In this document: positions 33,641 to 41,306 of the stretch, piece after piece
Position numbering within the stretch: the stretch's first letter is position 1
Layout of the letters: every line of letters starts with the position of its first letter
Origin: an uncultured Bifidobacteriaceae bacterium
Lineage (GTDB): Bacteria; Verrucomicrobiota; Verrucomicrobiia; Limisphaerales; JADLHS01
Direction: 5' to 3'
DNA: 43,892 bases
NCBI GenBank assembly: GCA_964502895.1
Contig: CAZCZP010000003.1
Coordinates: 1-43,892 of the forward strand
Program-made: the position numbers and the translations under genes
Notes under the pieces: model-generated
What the model saw: only the letters and a program-made list of their open reading frames with translations
Told to the model about the DNA's origin: nothing
Database searches by the model: none

Positions 33641-35469
33641 TTTCCCTCCTTATGCTCGCCCGGTGTCAGCGGCAACCTCATGGCGAAGCAACTGCCGCCA
33701 CCTTCGCGCGGTTGATAAACCACGTCGCCCCCGTGCGCTCGCGCAATCTGCCGGGCAAGTGTCAGCCCTAATCCTGAGCCTTGAATGCCGCTGGCGAGCG
33801 AGTCGTGCGCGCGATAGAATTTTTCAAAAATCTTTTCTTCGCAGCCTCGCGGCACTCCGGAACCCCTGTCCAGAACCCGGACCTCGGCGTAAGGCAAGGG
33901 CGACGCGTGCTGCTCGATGCTGATTTCAATCTGTTTCGCGTGGTTCGAGTATTTCTCCGCGTTGGATAGCAGATTGACGAGAATCTGAGCAAGAGCGTCG
34001 CAGTCGCCCCGGACGTTCACTGGCTTTTCTGGCAGTTCGTATCGCAGCGCGAAGCCGTGGTTTTCGAGATGCGGCCGGTAACTTTCCGCGGTTTCGCGCA
34101 CGAGGTTGACGAGGTCACATTCCTTGATGTTGTACTTCTTTTCATCCCGTTCCAGTCGGGCAAAATCCAGAACGTTGTTGATCAGACGCGTGAGTCGCGC
34201 CGTTTCCGCCGTTATGATGTGAAGGTAGGACCGCCGCTTGGCTTCGTCTTTCACGCGTCCCTCAGCCAGCAGTTCGGAAAACATGCGAATGGATGTAAGT
34301 GGCGTTTTCAATTCGTGCGAGACGTTGCTTACGAAATCTGTCTTCTGGCGCGCCAGTGTCATCTGGCGGTTGAGATCGTTTACAATCAACCAACTGCCCA
34401 CGACCATCGCGACCAGCAAAATGCCGATCAACAGACCCAACGTGAGTCTCATCGTGTTGGCCGTTTGTCCAAGTTTCAGGGGGTCGAGCAAATAGACGGC
34501 GACTTCCCAATGCGGCAGCGCTTCGCCGATTTCCGTGGCGACGAATGGACGTTTCCAGTTGGCGCGAAAATCCGGATGCGTGACCGCGACGGGCCTCGCC
34601 ATGTCGTCCAACAGCGCCACGCAGACATCGCTCTGAAGCTCCGGCCCGACATCATCCAGCAACAATTGCAACTCCTGCTTGAGTTGCGCCAGGGACAATT
34701 GGGCGCCGTAGATGATATTGGTTGCGCGCGGCGAGCGATACCAGAGCAGCACGGCCAGTTGGTTGTCCACGAATCGGGCCAGCGTGCCTTCGGCGGCGTC
34801 TCCGATAAGTTGGCGGAATTCGGCCTCGGCCGGGTTGATTTTGGAGCGATTGTTGTCAAGAGCCAGCTGCGCGGGTGTCTGTTGGTTTCCTTCCCAGTTT
34901 TGTTGTGGCAGGACATTTCGCGCCTGAGGCGTTTTCGAGGGAAAAACTTTTTGCGCACCCGCTACGCTGCTGTTCGCTAGATACTCATTGTTTCCGCTGA
35001 TTTGCTGTTGCGAGTCGAATGCCATTTGATTCAACGCCTGCTTGCCAACATTCCAGTAAACCTCCGCCGCCTCGCGATTGCAGAGAAACCGGCTCTGTTC
35101 AGAGACGAAGTCGCGCGCCTCGGAACGAGTCGGTGACGAAGGACAAAGCAATTGGCCGTCCGTGGTGACCGCGAAACCCACCTCGGCCAGCGGCCAGTTG
35201 GTGGTCAAACTGGAATCCAACGAAACCGCGCAACCGGCCGCCGACTGCCGAAGAAGCAGTCGCTCGATCTCCAAGCCAAACGAACGCAATTCCTCCGAAA
35301 GAAAATCCTGGGCCTGACGGGCGATATTGTCGGCCACGCCCTGATAGAGCAGAGATTGTTGACGCTCGACAACGTAGAGCTGGTCGCGCAACGAACGCGC
35401 CGCCAATAACGCAAGCAGCACACTCGGCACCAGCACGGCCAGCACAAACAGCAGCGCAACTTTCTTCAT
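33637..35469 (-). CDS. Sensor histidine kinase (HisKA + HATPase_c) with a ~330-aa periplasmic sensor region
   Basis: Two TM segments flank a large extracytoplasmic region. H-box FVSNVSHELKTPLTSI, N-box LVNLLSNAEKY, G-boxes VLDRGSGVP and GSGLGLTLARQIA. Confidence 0.92.
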   Translation of the reverse strand: MKKVALLFVLAVLVPSVLLALLAARSLRDQLYVVERQQSLLYQGVADNIARQAQDFLSEELRSFGLEIERLLLRQSAAGCAVSLDSSLTTNWPLAEVGFAVTTDGQLLCPSSPTRSEARDFVSEQSRFLCNREAAEVYWNVGKQALNQMAFDSQQQISGNNEYLANSSVAGAQKVFPSKTPQARNVLPQQNWEGNQQTPAQLALDNNRSKINPAEAEFRQLIGDAAEGTLARFVDNQLAVLLWYRSPRATNIIYGAQLSLAQLKQELQLLLDDVGPELQSDVCVALLDDMARPVAVTHPDFRANWKRPFVATEIGEALPHWEVAVYLLDPLKLGQTANTMRLTLGLLIGILLVAMVVGSWLIVNDLNRQMTLARQKTDFVSNVSHELKTPLTSIRMFSELLAEGRVKDEAKRRSYLHIITAETARLTRLINNVLDFARLERDEKKYNIKECDLVNLVRETAESYRPHLENHGFALRYELPEKPVNVRGDCDALAQILVNLLSNAEKYSNHAKQIEISIEQHASPLPYAEVRVLDRGSGVPRGCEEKIFEKFYRAHDSLASGIQGSGLGLTLARQIARAHGGDVVYQPREGGGSCFAMRLPLTPGEHKEGK

Positions 35470-35553
35470 TTCAGCCCGGCCTTTCCACGCCCTGCAGCCT
35501 TCACTTTGCCGCTTTCGGCACCCGGTTGCGACAACGAATTTGAGCGGGACCGT

Positions 35554-36960
35554 TCAAAGCCGTTTTTCCGGATCGTGCGCGCTCATGGCGTGGAACAGTT
35601 TCCACCCGGTCTCGCGAAGTTCGGGCGTTGCGGAGTCTGTTGCCAGTCGCAACGCTGGTTCGGCGAACCTGCCCAACCGCTTCAAAATTATTTCGGTTTG
35701 CTGGCTGGCAGCGGCATCGCCGGCTTTCGCCGCGGTTATTTGCCGGACCAACTCCTCCTGCATCGTAGGTGTGATGACCTCGGCGCGACCAACCATGACG
35801 CGCACCAACTCGCGCGGTTGCGGATTGAGCGTGAGCGGCAACGTGGTATCGGTCCACTCGCGCGGCAACGTGTAAAGGACGCGAACGCCGTCTTCGGTGA
35901 ACCAGGAATCCTTCCAGGTGTTCACCATGGCCTGTGCCTCGCGCCGATACAGGCCCTCGCGCACCAGTGCGTCGGTCATCTGCTTGCCCAACTCGCGCGC
36001 CAATTCCGGCAAAGGGACCACTCGTTTGTCTGATTTCAGGGTCACTGAATGCTGCGCGTTGGGGGACAACGCGTCGAGGGCAACAAAATTTCCAAGTCCA
36101 TCCCGCACCTGCAAGACGAACAAATGTGAGAGCGGCTTGTCACCGGCGTTCGTAAGCGTCAGCGTGGAATTGACGTCGGTGGTTACGCGCAATGGCGTCG
36201 CAAAATTGCCGACTCCGCGATAGAACAGATATTTTTCGTATTCAGGTGAGGGGTTTGTGCGGGAGAGTGAATTCACGCGAACGAATGCGGCATCCGTTTC
36301 TCGCGCCGCGTAATAGTGACCGCCAGATTTGTCGTCCGGGACGAGCCGCGAAACATCGGCGTGCTGATCGCGTGGAAGAATTTGCACGTTCGACCAGACG
36401 ATGCGGCTGTCCTTGGTTGTGCGTTGTGGCGACAGCGAAGCAAATGTGAATTCCGGTTTGAGGCCGATCTTGTGTGCGCCAGCGTCGAGCTTGGTGACGA
36501 GTGGCGAAGGCCGGACAAAAGCCGGGCCGATTTTCTCGGCCTGCGGATACCATTCGGTGATTTTTCCCTTGGGGAATTTCACTGTCACGTTTACTTCCTG
36601 CGCCTCCGTTGCGTAAAAGTAGATGACCGGCGTTTCCATGCGCTGACGCGTGACCATGGAGGATTTCGTGAATGCGTTCTGGCCGGAGCGATTCAAGCCG
36701 GGCCGCGTCCAGTCATACACGAACTTGGGCAGGTCGGAGGTTTCAAACGGACGCCAGTCCACCAGCGCTCCGTCGGCACCTTGCACCGAGGTGAATGTGC
36801 CCCACTCGTGCGCGACGTAATCGCGCCGGTCTCGCGACGCCGACCCCACGACGCCCAGCGCGATGCCCGCCAGGGCGATGCAGAACAACGCGCGTTTATG
36901 CTCGAAACAAAATGCTCTGAGTTTGCGAACGAAGTTTCCGGCAAGATTGATCGTTTTCAT
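35554..36960 (-). CDS. Conserved-looking membrane-anchored protein of unknown function
   Basis: 468-aa ORF with an N-terminal TM anchor (ALFCIALAGIALGVVG) and distinctive blocks HEWGTFTSVQG, METPVIYFY, KYLFYRGVGNF, EAQAMVNTWKDSWF, GVRVLYTLP. No characterised family recognised. The + ORFs overlapping it are antisense shadows. Confidence 0.8.
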   Translation of the reverse strand: MKTINLAGNFVRKLRAFCFEHKRALFCIALAGIALGVVGSASRDRRDYVAHEWGTFTSVQGADGALVDWRPFETSDLPKFVYDWTRPGLNRSGQNAFTKSSMVTRQRMETPVIYFYATEAQEVNVTVKFPKGKITEWYPQAEKIGPAFVRPSPLVTKLDAGAHKIGLKPEFTFASLSPQRTTKDSRIVWSNVQILPRDQHADVSRLVPDDKSGGHYYAARETDAAFVRVNSLSRTNPSPEYEKYLFYRGVGNFATPLRVTTDVNSTLTLTNAGDKPLSHLFVLQVRDGLGNFVALDALSPNAQHSVTLKSDKRVVPLPELARELGKQMTDALVREGLYRREAQAMVNTWKDSWFTEDGVRVLYTLPREWTDTTLPLTLNPQPRELVRVMVGRAEVITPTMQEELVRQITAAKAGDAAASQQTEIILKRLGRFAEPALRLATDSATPELRETGWKLFHAMSAHDPEKRL

Positions 36961-37032
36961 TCTCCCACAGTGCGCAATTCGGCCTGGCCGATTGCCACGC
37001 GGGAGTAAAACGTTTGTAAGAGATTTGTAAAA

Positions 37033-38073
37033 CTACCGCCCCATGAGGTGTTCCAGTACCATCTGATCCAGGGCGGCGTAATTCCGGTCGGCAATCAGCG
37101 CCTGCGCTTTCTTCTCGTTGAATGTCCGCGCCTTTTGCACGAGCCGGAGAAAAGTGCGCCGGCTGTTATCCAGATGCGCAAGCCAGTGTTCGACTTTCGC
37201 CGGGCGAAACGGATGCACGTCGAAACAAACGTATTCGCCGCGCCGGCCATAGCCGTTGCGTTCGAGGGCCCTGACTTGATTAAAAGCCACGCGCAGATTG
37301 GCGCTGCCGAACGGTTTGTCTTGATCAAACTTCAACCCGTTCTGGTCGTTCAAGTGGAGGGACCAGAGTTTTCCGAACGCCATGGCGAAATCAATTTCAT
37401 CCGCCGGGTCGAGACCCGCGAGAATGGCGTGGGCGCTTTCGATCAAGCAACCGACGCGCTTCGGGTCGCGTGTGAGCTGCGCGATGGCCAGCGCGTGGCC
37501 GATGGTGGGCACGTAAGCATGATCCATCGGTTCGTTGGGCTTGGGTTCAATGGAGAGCCGGATTTTCTTGTCGTAACCCAGCATCTTGTCGAGCGCCTCG
37601 ACCAGCCACTCCAGGCAACGTCGTGCGTTCTTCGATTCGCGGATGTAGCTGCCTTCGCGGGCAAACCAAAGCACGATGAGGTCCGTGCCGAGTTGGTTCG
37701 CCACATCAATGCACCGCAGCGAGCGCTCAATGGCGTATTTGCGACATTTCGGATCGTTGCTCGTGTAGGCACCATCAATCGTGCGCGGATCGAACCAGAG
37801 CCGCGGCGCCACCATTTCGGCGGCAACGCCGGCGTCTGAAAGTTTTTTCTTCAACTCCTTGGTTTCCTTGCGGACCTGCGCGTCGGATTTGCCATCAATG
37901 TCCGGCACGGCGTCGTCGTCGTGAAACATCATCGCGTCAAAGCCGAGCTGCTTGAGTTGGGTGAGTTTCCAAGCGAACGTTTGCGCCGGCCGCGTGGTGG
38001 GGCCGTACGGGTCTGAGCCTTCGCTGATGTTCCAGGGACCGAAACAAAATTTGTATTGAAGCAGTGTGCCCAT
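37033..38073 (-). CDS. Xylose isomerase-like (class I XylA-like) TIM-barrel sugar isomerase
   Basis: From ATG at 38073: MGTLLQYKFCFGPWNI…MMFHDDDAVPD…LSIEPKPNEPMDHAYVPTIGHALAI…IESAHAILAG…HLNDQNGLKFDQDKPFG…CFDVHPFR. This parallels class I xylose isomerase motifs (FHDDD, IEPKPNEP, PTVGHALAF, EVGHEQMAG, DQDLRFG, FDFKP). The 818-aa track ORF (to 39489) is an artefactual upstream extension antisense to the mutarotase gene. Confidence 0.88.
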   Translation of the reverse strand: MGTLLQYKFCFGPWNISEGSDPYGPTTRPAQTFAWKLTQLKQLGFDAMMFHDDDAVPDIDGKSDAQVRKETKELKKKLSDAGVAAEMVAPRLWFDPRTIDGAYTSNDPKCRKYAIERSLRCIDVANQLGTDLIVLWFAREGSYIRESKNARRCLEWLVEALDKMLGYDKKIRLSIEPKPNEPMDHAYVPTIGHALAIAQLTRDPKRVGCLIESAHAILAGLDPADEIDFAMAFGKLWSLHLNDQNGLKFDQDKPFGSANLRVAFNQVRALERNGYGRRGEYVCFDVHPFRPAKVEHWLAHLDNSRRTFLRLVQKARTFNEKKAQALIADRNYAALDQMVLEHLMGR

Positions 38074-38172
38074 AAATCGGAAAGCACGGTAACGGCGTGA
38101 ATGGTGAAGGAAAGCGAAAAGTTTTTCGTGAAATCGCGATGCGCAATTGCTAGGCTTGGCTCCGTCAGACTT

Positions 38173-39075
38173 ATGAGCGCCAGCAAACCCGACACTTCGT
38201 TGATAGCCGCGCCGAATGGACGCGTGACGTTTCTGGAGGGACGTGGTGATCTGCCGATGATCGAGATCACCACGCCGCGAAGCACGGCGGAGATTTATTT
38301 CCACGGCGCGCACGTGACCCATTTCCAAAAGCAGGGTGAGCCGCCACTGCTGTTCTTGAGCCAATGCAGCAATTTTGCTGACGGCCAGCCGATTCGAGGA
38401 GGCATCCCGATCATTTTCCCGTGGTTCGGCAAACCGGCCGACAAATCCGGCCAGCACGGCTTCGCGCGATTGAAAGATTGGGAATTGCGGGAGTTTGCCT
38501 CTCCGGCCGACGGCAGTGTCACGGTTCGTTTCCGGTTGCCGGATTGCGGCGACACCCCGGATTGCGCGGCCTGCGCGGTCGAATACTCCGTGACGGTGAG
38601 CGACACGCTTCGCGCGGAGTTGAGCGTCACGAACAAATCCACGCGCGACTTCGAGTTCGAGAATTGTTTGCACACCTATTTCACCGTCGGAGACATCCAT
38701 GCGACGAGCGTGCTGGGGCTCAAAGGCGTGGATTATCTGGATCAGCCCAGCGGCTTCACGCGCCGCAAAGAAACCGGGGATGCCATTCGCATCGTTTCGG
38801 AAGTGGACCGGATTTACCTCGACACGCCGCACACGGTGGAAATCCGGGACGAATCCCTGCGGCGGGTGATTCGCGTGGAAAAGGAAGGGGCGGCTTCGAC
38901 GGTCGTGTGGAATCCGTGGATGGCGAAATCGAAGGCGATGCAGGATTTCGGAGACGAAGAATACACGGGAATGATCTGCGTGGAATCCGGAAATGTAACC
39001 GCGAACAAGATCAAACTCGCGCCCGGCAGGAGTTCGCGGATGAAGATCAAGGTGAGCAGCGCGGCGCTGACCTGA
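38173..39075 (+). CDS. D-hexose-6-phosphate mutarotase (aldose 1-epimerase family, YeaD-like)
   Basis: MSASKPDTSLIAAPNGRVTFLEGRGDLPMIEI…AEIYFHGAHVTHFQKQGEPPLLFLS…IRGGIPIIFPWFG…VEYSVTV…FEFENCLHTYF…DRIYLDTPHTVEIRD…VVWNPW matches the glucose-6-phosphate 1-epimerase pattern. ATG at 38173 preferred over the track start 38101. Confidence 0.88.
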   Translation: MSASKPDTSLIAAPNGRVTFLEGRGDLPMIEITTPRSTAEIYFHGAHVTHFQKQGEPPLLFLSQCSNFADGQPIRGGIPIIFPWFGKPADKSGQHGFARLKDWELREFASPADGSVTVRFRLPDCGDTPDCAACAVEYSVTVSDTLRAELSVTNKSTRDFEFENCLHTYFTVGDIHATSVLGLKGVDYLDQPSGFTRRKETGDAIRIVSEVDRIYLDTPHTVEIRDESLRRVIRVEKEGAASTVVWNPWMAKSKAMQDFGDEEYTGMICVESGNVTANKIKLAPGRSSRMKIKVSSAALT

Positions 39076-39098
39076 GCCGTGATGATGCGTCCGCCTAA

Positions 39099-39584
39099 TT
39101 ATTTTGTGGCACCCAGGCTGGGCTGCTTTTCCTTCAGGGCGGAGAAATTTCCTTCCTCGCAGCAGGCCACGAATCCTTCCGTCACGGTTTTCAATTCCTC
39201 CCAACGCGCACGAATGGTTTTTGCTTCGGCCGGGGTGATGTAGTTGTCCGCCGCCGCCATGGCGATCACCGCCAGCAAGTCGGCAAATTCCTGCACGATC
39301 TCGTTCGTTGCCGGAATCAAATAATCGGGATGCGGCTTGTTGGTTTTGGGATTCAGGATGAAGAATCCGCCGGCACGCTGGCAAATCCACTGCACGAGTC
39401 GCGGATCGTTGGTGCTGCGGAGCAACGCCTGGATGCGGTCCAGTGGATTGACCGCGCCGCTGCCGGTGCCGTCGTCGGGCTCGGCCCATTTGTAAATCAT
39501 GGAGAGAGAAAGCCCAAGGTCAGCTGCGACCTGTTTGGCGCTGGTTTTCTGAAGAACCTCGCGCAGCAGTTCGTGCGATTGCAT
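39099..39584 (-). CDS. HTH transcriptional regulator, phage CII (CP76)-like architecture
   Basis: From ATG at 39584: MQSHELLREVLQKTSAKQVAADLGLSLSMIYKWAEP… (helix-turn-helix), then …NPLDRIQALLRST… and a C-terminal helical part (IVQEFADLLAVIAMAAADNYITPAEAKTIRARWEEL). This resembles the phage 186/P2-type CII layout. The family assignment is by eye only. Confidence 0.72.
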   Translation of the reverse strand: MQSHELLREVLQKTSAKQVAADLGLSLSMIYKWAEPDDGTGSGAVNPLDRIQALLRSTNDPRLVQWICQRAGGFFILNPKTNKPHPDYLIPATNEIVQEFADLLAVIAMAAADNYITPAEAKTIRARWEELKTVTEGFVACCEEGNFSALKEKQPSLGATK

Positions 39585-39659
39585 GTTGGGACAATGGAAA
39601 ACACGCGCCCTACAGGCAAGCGTGAATACAGCCGAACACAATTTGGGGGCGCCCGTGAA

Positions 39660-39706
39660 TTGGCCGGGGCCTATAATTTGCCCGGGACATTATAAATGAC
39701 CGGGGT
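39660..39706. promoter_or_regulatory. Divergent promoter/operator candidate between the CII-like regulator and the small-protein operon
   Basis: CCGGGGCC-TATAAT-TTG / CCCGGGACAT-TATAA-ATGA / CCGGGG: GC clamps (CCGGGG 39664-39669, CCCGGG 39681-39686, CCGGGG 39700-39705) bracket a plus-strand TATAAT (39672-39677) and a minus-strand TATAAT (complement of 39689-39694). No convincing -35 boxes seen. Confidence 0.25.
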
Positions 39707-39722
39707 GGATTTCCGGAGTTCC

Positions 39723-39860
39723 ATGGCCGTGGATATGAAACATGATCTCATTGAGAACGAAGTCCGCCGGCAATCGAACGCACCCGATTGGTCGTGGTTC
39801 GGAGACGCGCTCGGAGTGGTGTTCGATGGCCTGGAATGTCTCTTGAGTATTTTCCTGTAA
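39723..39860 (+). CDS. Possible small protein (45 aa), first gene of the small-protein operon
   Basis: Below the ORF-track size cutoff: ATG 39723 … TAA 39858-39860, MAVDMKHDLIENEVRRQSNAPDWSWFGDALGVVFDGLECLLSIFL. Third-codon positions are mostly G/C, as in neighbouring genes. It ends 18 nt before the next start. No family recognised. Confidence 0.3.
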   Translation: MAVDMKHDLIENEVRRQSNAPDWSWFGDALGVVFDGLECLLSIFL

Positions 39861-39878
39861 TCCCTGCAATATCGAACC

Positions 39879-40148
39879 ATGGGTTGGGGCAGAATGTTAT
39901 TACTCGGCAATGTCGGCCAGCAGCTCGACATCGGCGACTTGAACAACGCCATCGCGGGCATGCAAAGCGCCGTCGCGCAGAACGAAAGCTTGGACACGGA
40001 GCAGGGCAGGGCCATCGAGCGATTGCAGAGGGAAAACCAGGAGTTGAAATTGTACCTGGCCACTTTGGTTCGGTTGCTAGTGGCCAGGGGCGTGTTAAAA
40101 ACGGAGGAGATTGAAACCACGGTACACGCGATTGAAACCGAACACTAA
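39879..40148 (+). CDS. Small coiled-coil protein of unknown function
   Basis: 89 aa: MGWGRMLLLGNVGQQLDIGDLNNAIAGMQSAVAQNESLDTEQGRAIERLQRENQELKLYLATLVRLLVARGVLKTEEIETTV… It has a heptad-like central region and natural composition. The overlapping 255-aa minus ORF is Arg-rich junk. Confidence 0.6.
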   Translation: MGWGRMLLLGNVGQQLDIGDLNNAIAGMQSAVAQNESLDTEQGRAIERLQRENQELKLYLATLVRLLVARGVLKTEEIETTVHAIETEH

Positions 40149-40164
40149 AGAGAAGGAAATCGTT

Positions 40165-40413
40165 ATGGAAATCGTGGGCGGATTGGTTGTGTTCTTGGTG
40201 ATAGCGCTTATCGCGGGAATGGGGCTTGCCCTGACGGTGTTCTGGATCTGGATGCTCGTGGATGCGATTCAGAACAAAGGAATGACCGATGGAGAGAAGG
40301 TTGGCTGGGTGCTGGCGATCGTGTTCTTCCATTTGATCGGCTCGGTGCTTTACTTTTTCATCGGCCGTCCCAAGGCGAAGCAGGTGGCGGTGATTCAACC
40401 CGCGCGCGCGTGA
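40165..40413 (+). CDS. PLD nuclease N-terminal (PLDc_N) domain small membrane protein
   Basis: ATG at 40165 preceded by AAGGA (40153-40157). MEIVGGLVVFLVIALIAGMGLALTVFWIWMLVDAIQNKGMTDGEKVGWVLAIVFFHLIGSVLYFFIGRP is the typical two-TM PLDc_N pattern (W-x-L-x-D…W…I-x-x-P-x-x-G-x-x-x-Y). Confidence 0.75.
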   Translation: MEIVGGLVVFLVIALIAGMGLALTVFWIWMLVDAIQNKGMTDGEKVGWVLAIVFFHLIGSVLYFFIGRPKAKQVAVIQPARA

Positions 40414-40420
40414 GGTTGCG

Positions 40421-40612
40421 ATGAGTCTGAAACGGTCAACGCACGATTCGATGATCGCCGGCGTGTGCGCGGGTCTGGCGCACGAACTCGGCTGGCCAGT
40501 GGGCCGCACGCGCATCGCCTACGTGTTGCTATCGCTACTGAGCGCGGCGTTTCCAGGGATTTTGGTTTATGTAATCCTGTGGTTCGTGATGCCGAAGAGT
40601 CATGAATGGTAG
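40421..40612 (+). CDS. PspC domain-containing small membrane protein
   Basis: MSLKRSTHDSMIAGVCAGLAHELGWPVGRTRIAYVLLSLLSAAFPGILVYVILWFVMP matches the PspC-domain consensus (R-S-x-x-x-x-x-I-x-G-V-C-x-G-L-A…R-x-x-F-V…YI-x-x-W). Confidence 0.8.
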   Translation: MSLKRSTHDSMIAGVCAGLAHELGWPVGRTRIAYVLLSLLSAAFPGILVYVILWFVMPKSHEW

Positions 40613-41304
40613 AACACTCGAACCCCATCCTAAACATCGCTATGTCTGATCCGACCATGTCCACTCCGCCGCCCAAACGCCGCGGTTGTCTGTTCTACGG
40701 CTGCCTGACATGCATTGTGCTGGCGCTGATCACGGTGTTGCTGGCTGTAGTTGCCGTGCGCGCCGTTAAGAACAAGATTTACGCCTACACTGACGCTCAA
40801 CCAATGCAGTTGCCGAAAGTGGAAATGAGCGATTCCGAATACGACAGCCTGAAACAGCGCGTGGCCACATTCGGCGACGCGATGGAACAGGGGAAATCTG
40901 TCGAGCCTTTGGTCCTCGCGGAACGCGACATCAACGCGCTTCTTGCCAAAGCTCCGAATACAAAAGAGCTGGCGGACAAGGTTTATGTTTCAATGAATGG
41001 CGATCAGGTCAAAGGACAGGTCAGCATCCCGCTGTCCGGGCTTGGTTGGTTGGGCAAGGGCCGCTATCTCAACGGTGAAGCGACGTTCAATGTGTCTTTG
41101 GAAAATGGCGTTTTGTTGGTGACGGCCCAGGAAGTCAAGGTGAAGGGCAAACCGTTGCCGGAAACATTCATGAAACAGCTTCGTCAGGAGAATCTCGCCA
41201 AAGAAGCGTACAAAAATCCGAAGAACGCCGAGGCCATCCGCAAACTCGACAGCATTCAGGTCGAGGACAGCCGCGCAATTATCAAGGCAAGGGAAACCAA
41301 ATAG
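40606..41304 (+). CDS. Single-pass membrane protein of unknown function
   Basis: The ATG at 40606 overlaps the PspC stop (ATGGTAG), suggesting translational coupling; the ATG at 40642 (MSDPTMSTPPPKRRG…) is an alternative. TM anchor CLFYGCLTCIVLALITVLLAVVAV, then a ~170-aa soluble domain. Confidence 0.75.
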   Translation: MVEHSNPILNIAMSDPTMSTPPPKRRGCLFYGCLTCIVLALITVLLAVVAVRAVKNKIYAYTDAQPMQLPKVEMSDSEYDSLKQRVATFGDAMEQGKSVEPLVLAERDINALLAKAPNTKELADKVYVSMNGDQVKGQVSIPLSGLGWLGKGRYLNGEATFNVSLENGVLLVTAQEVKVKGKPLPETFMKQLRQENLAKEAYKNPKNAEAIRKLDSIQVEDSRAIIKARETK

Positions 41305-41306
41305 CC

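Noticed and set aside
31450-33715. + ORFs of 407 aa (31450..32673) and 350 aa (32663..33715), and 34057..34980 (+)
   Set aside because: Antisense to the FG-GAP/heme gene, the OmpR-type regulator and the histidine kinase, each of which has unambiguous family motifs on the minus strand.
38074-39489. N-terminal ~470 codons of the 818-aa minus ORF 37033..39489
   Set aside because: Extremely Arg/His/Gly-rich and antisense to the well-supported mutarotase gene. The xylose-isomerase-like domain begins exactly at the internal ATG 38073.
39748-40515. 255-aa minus ORF
   Set aside because: Arg/Pro-rich shadow across four short plus-strand genes that have recognisable PLDc_N and PspC patterns.
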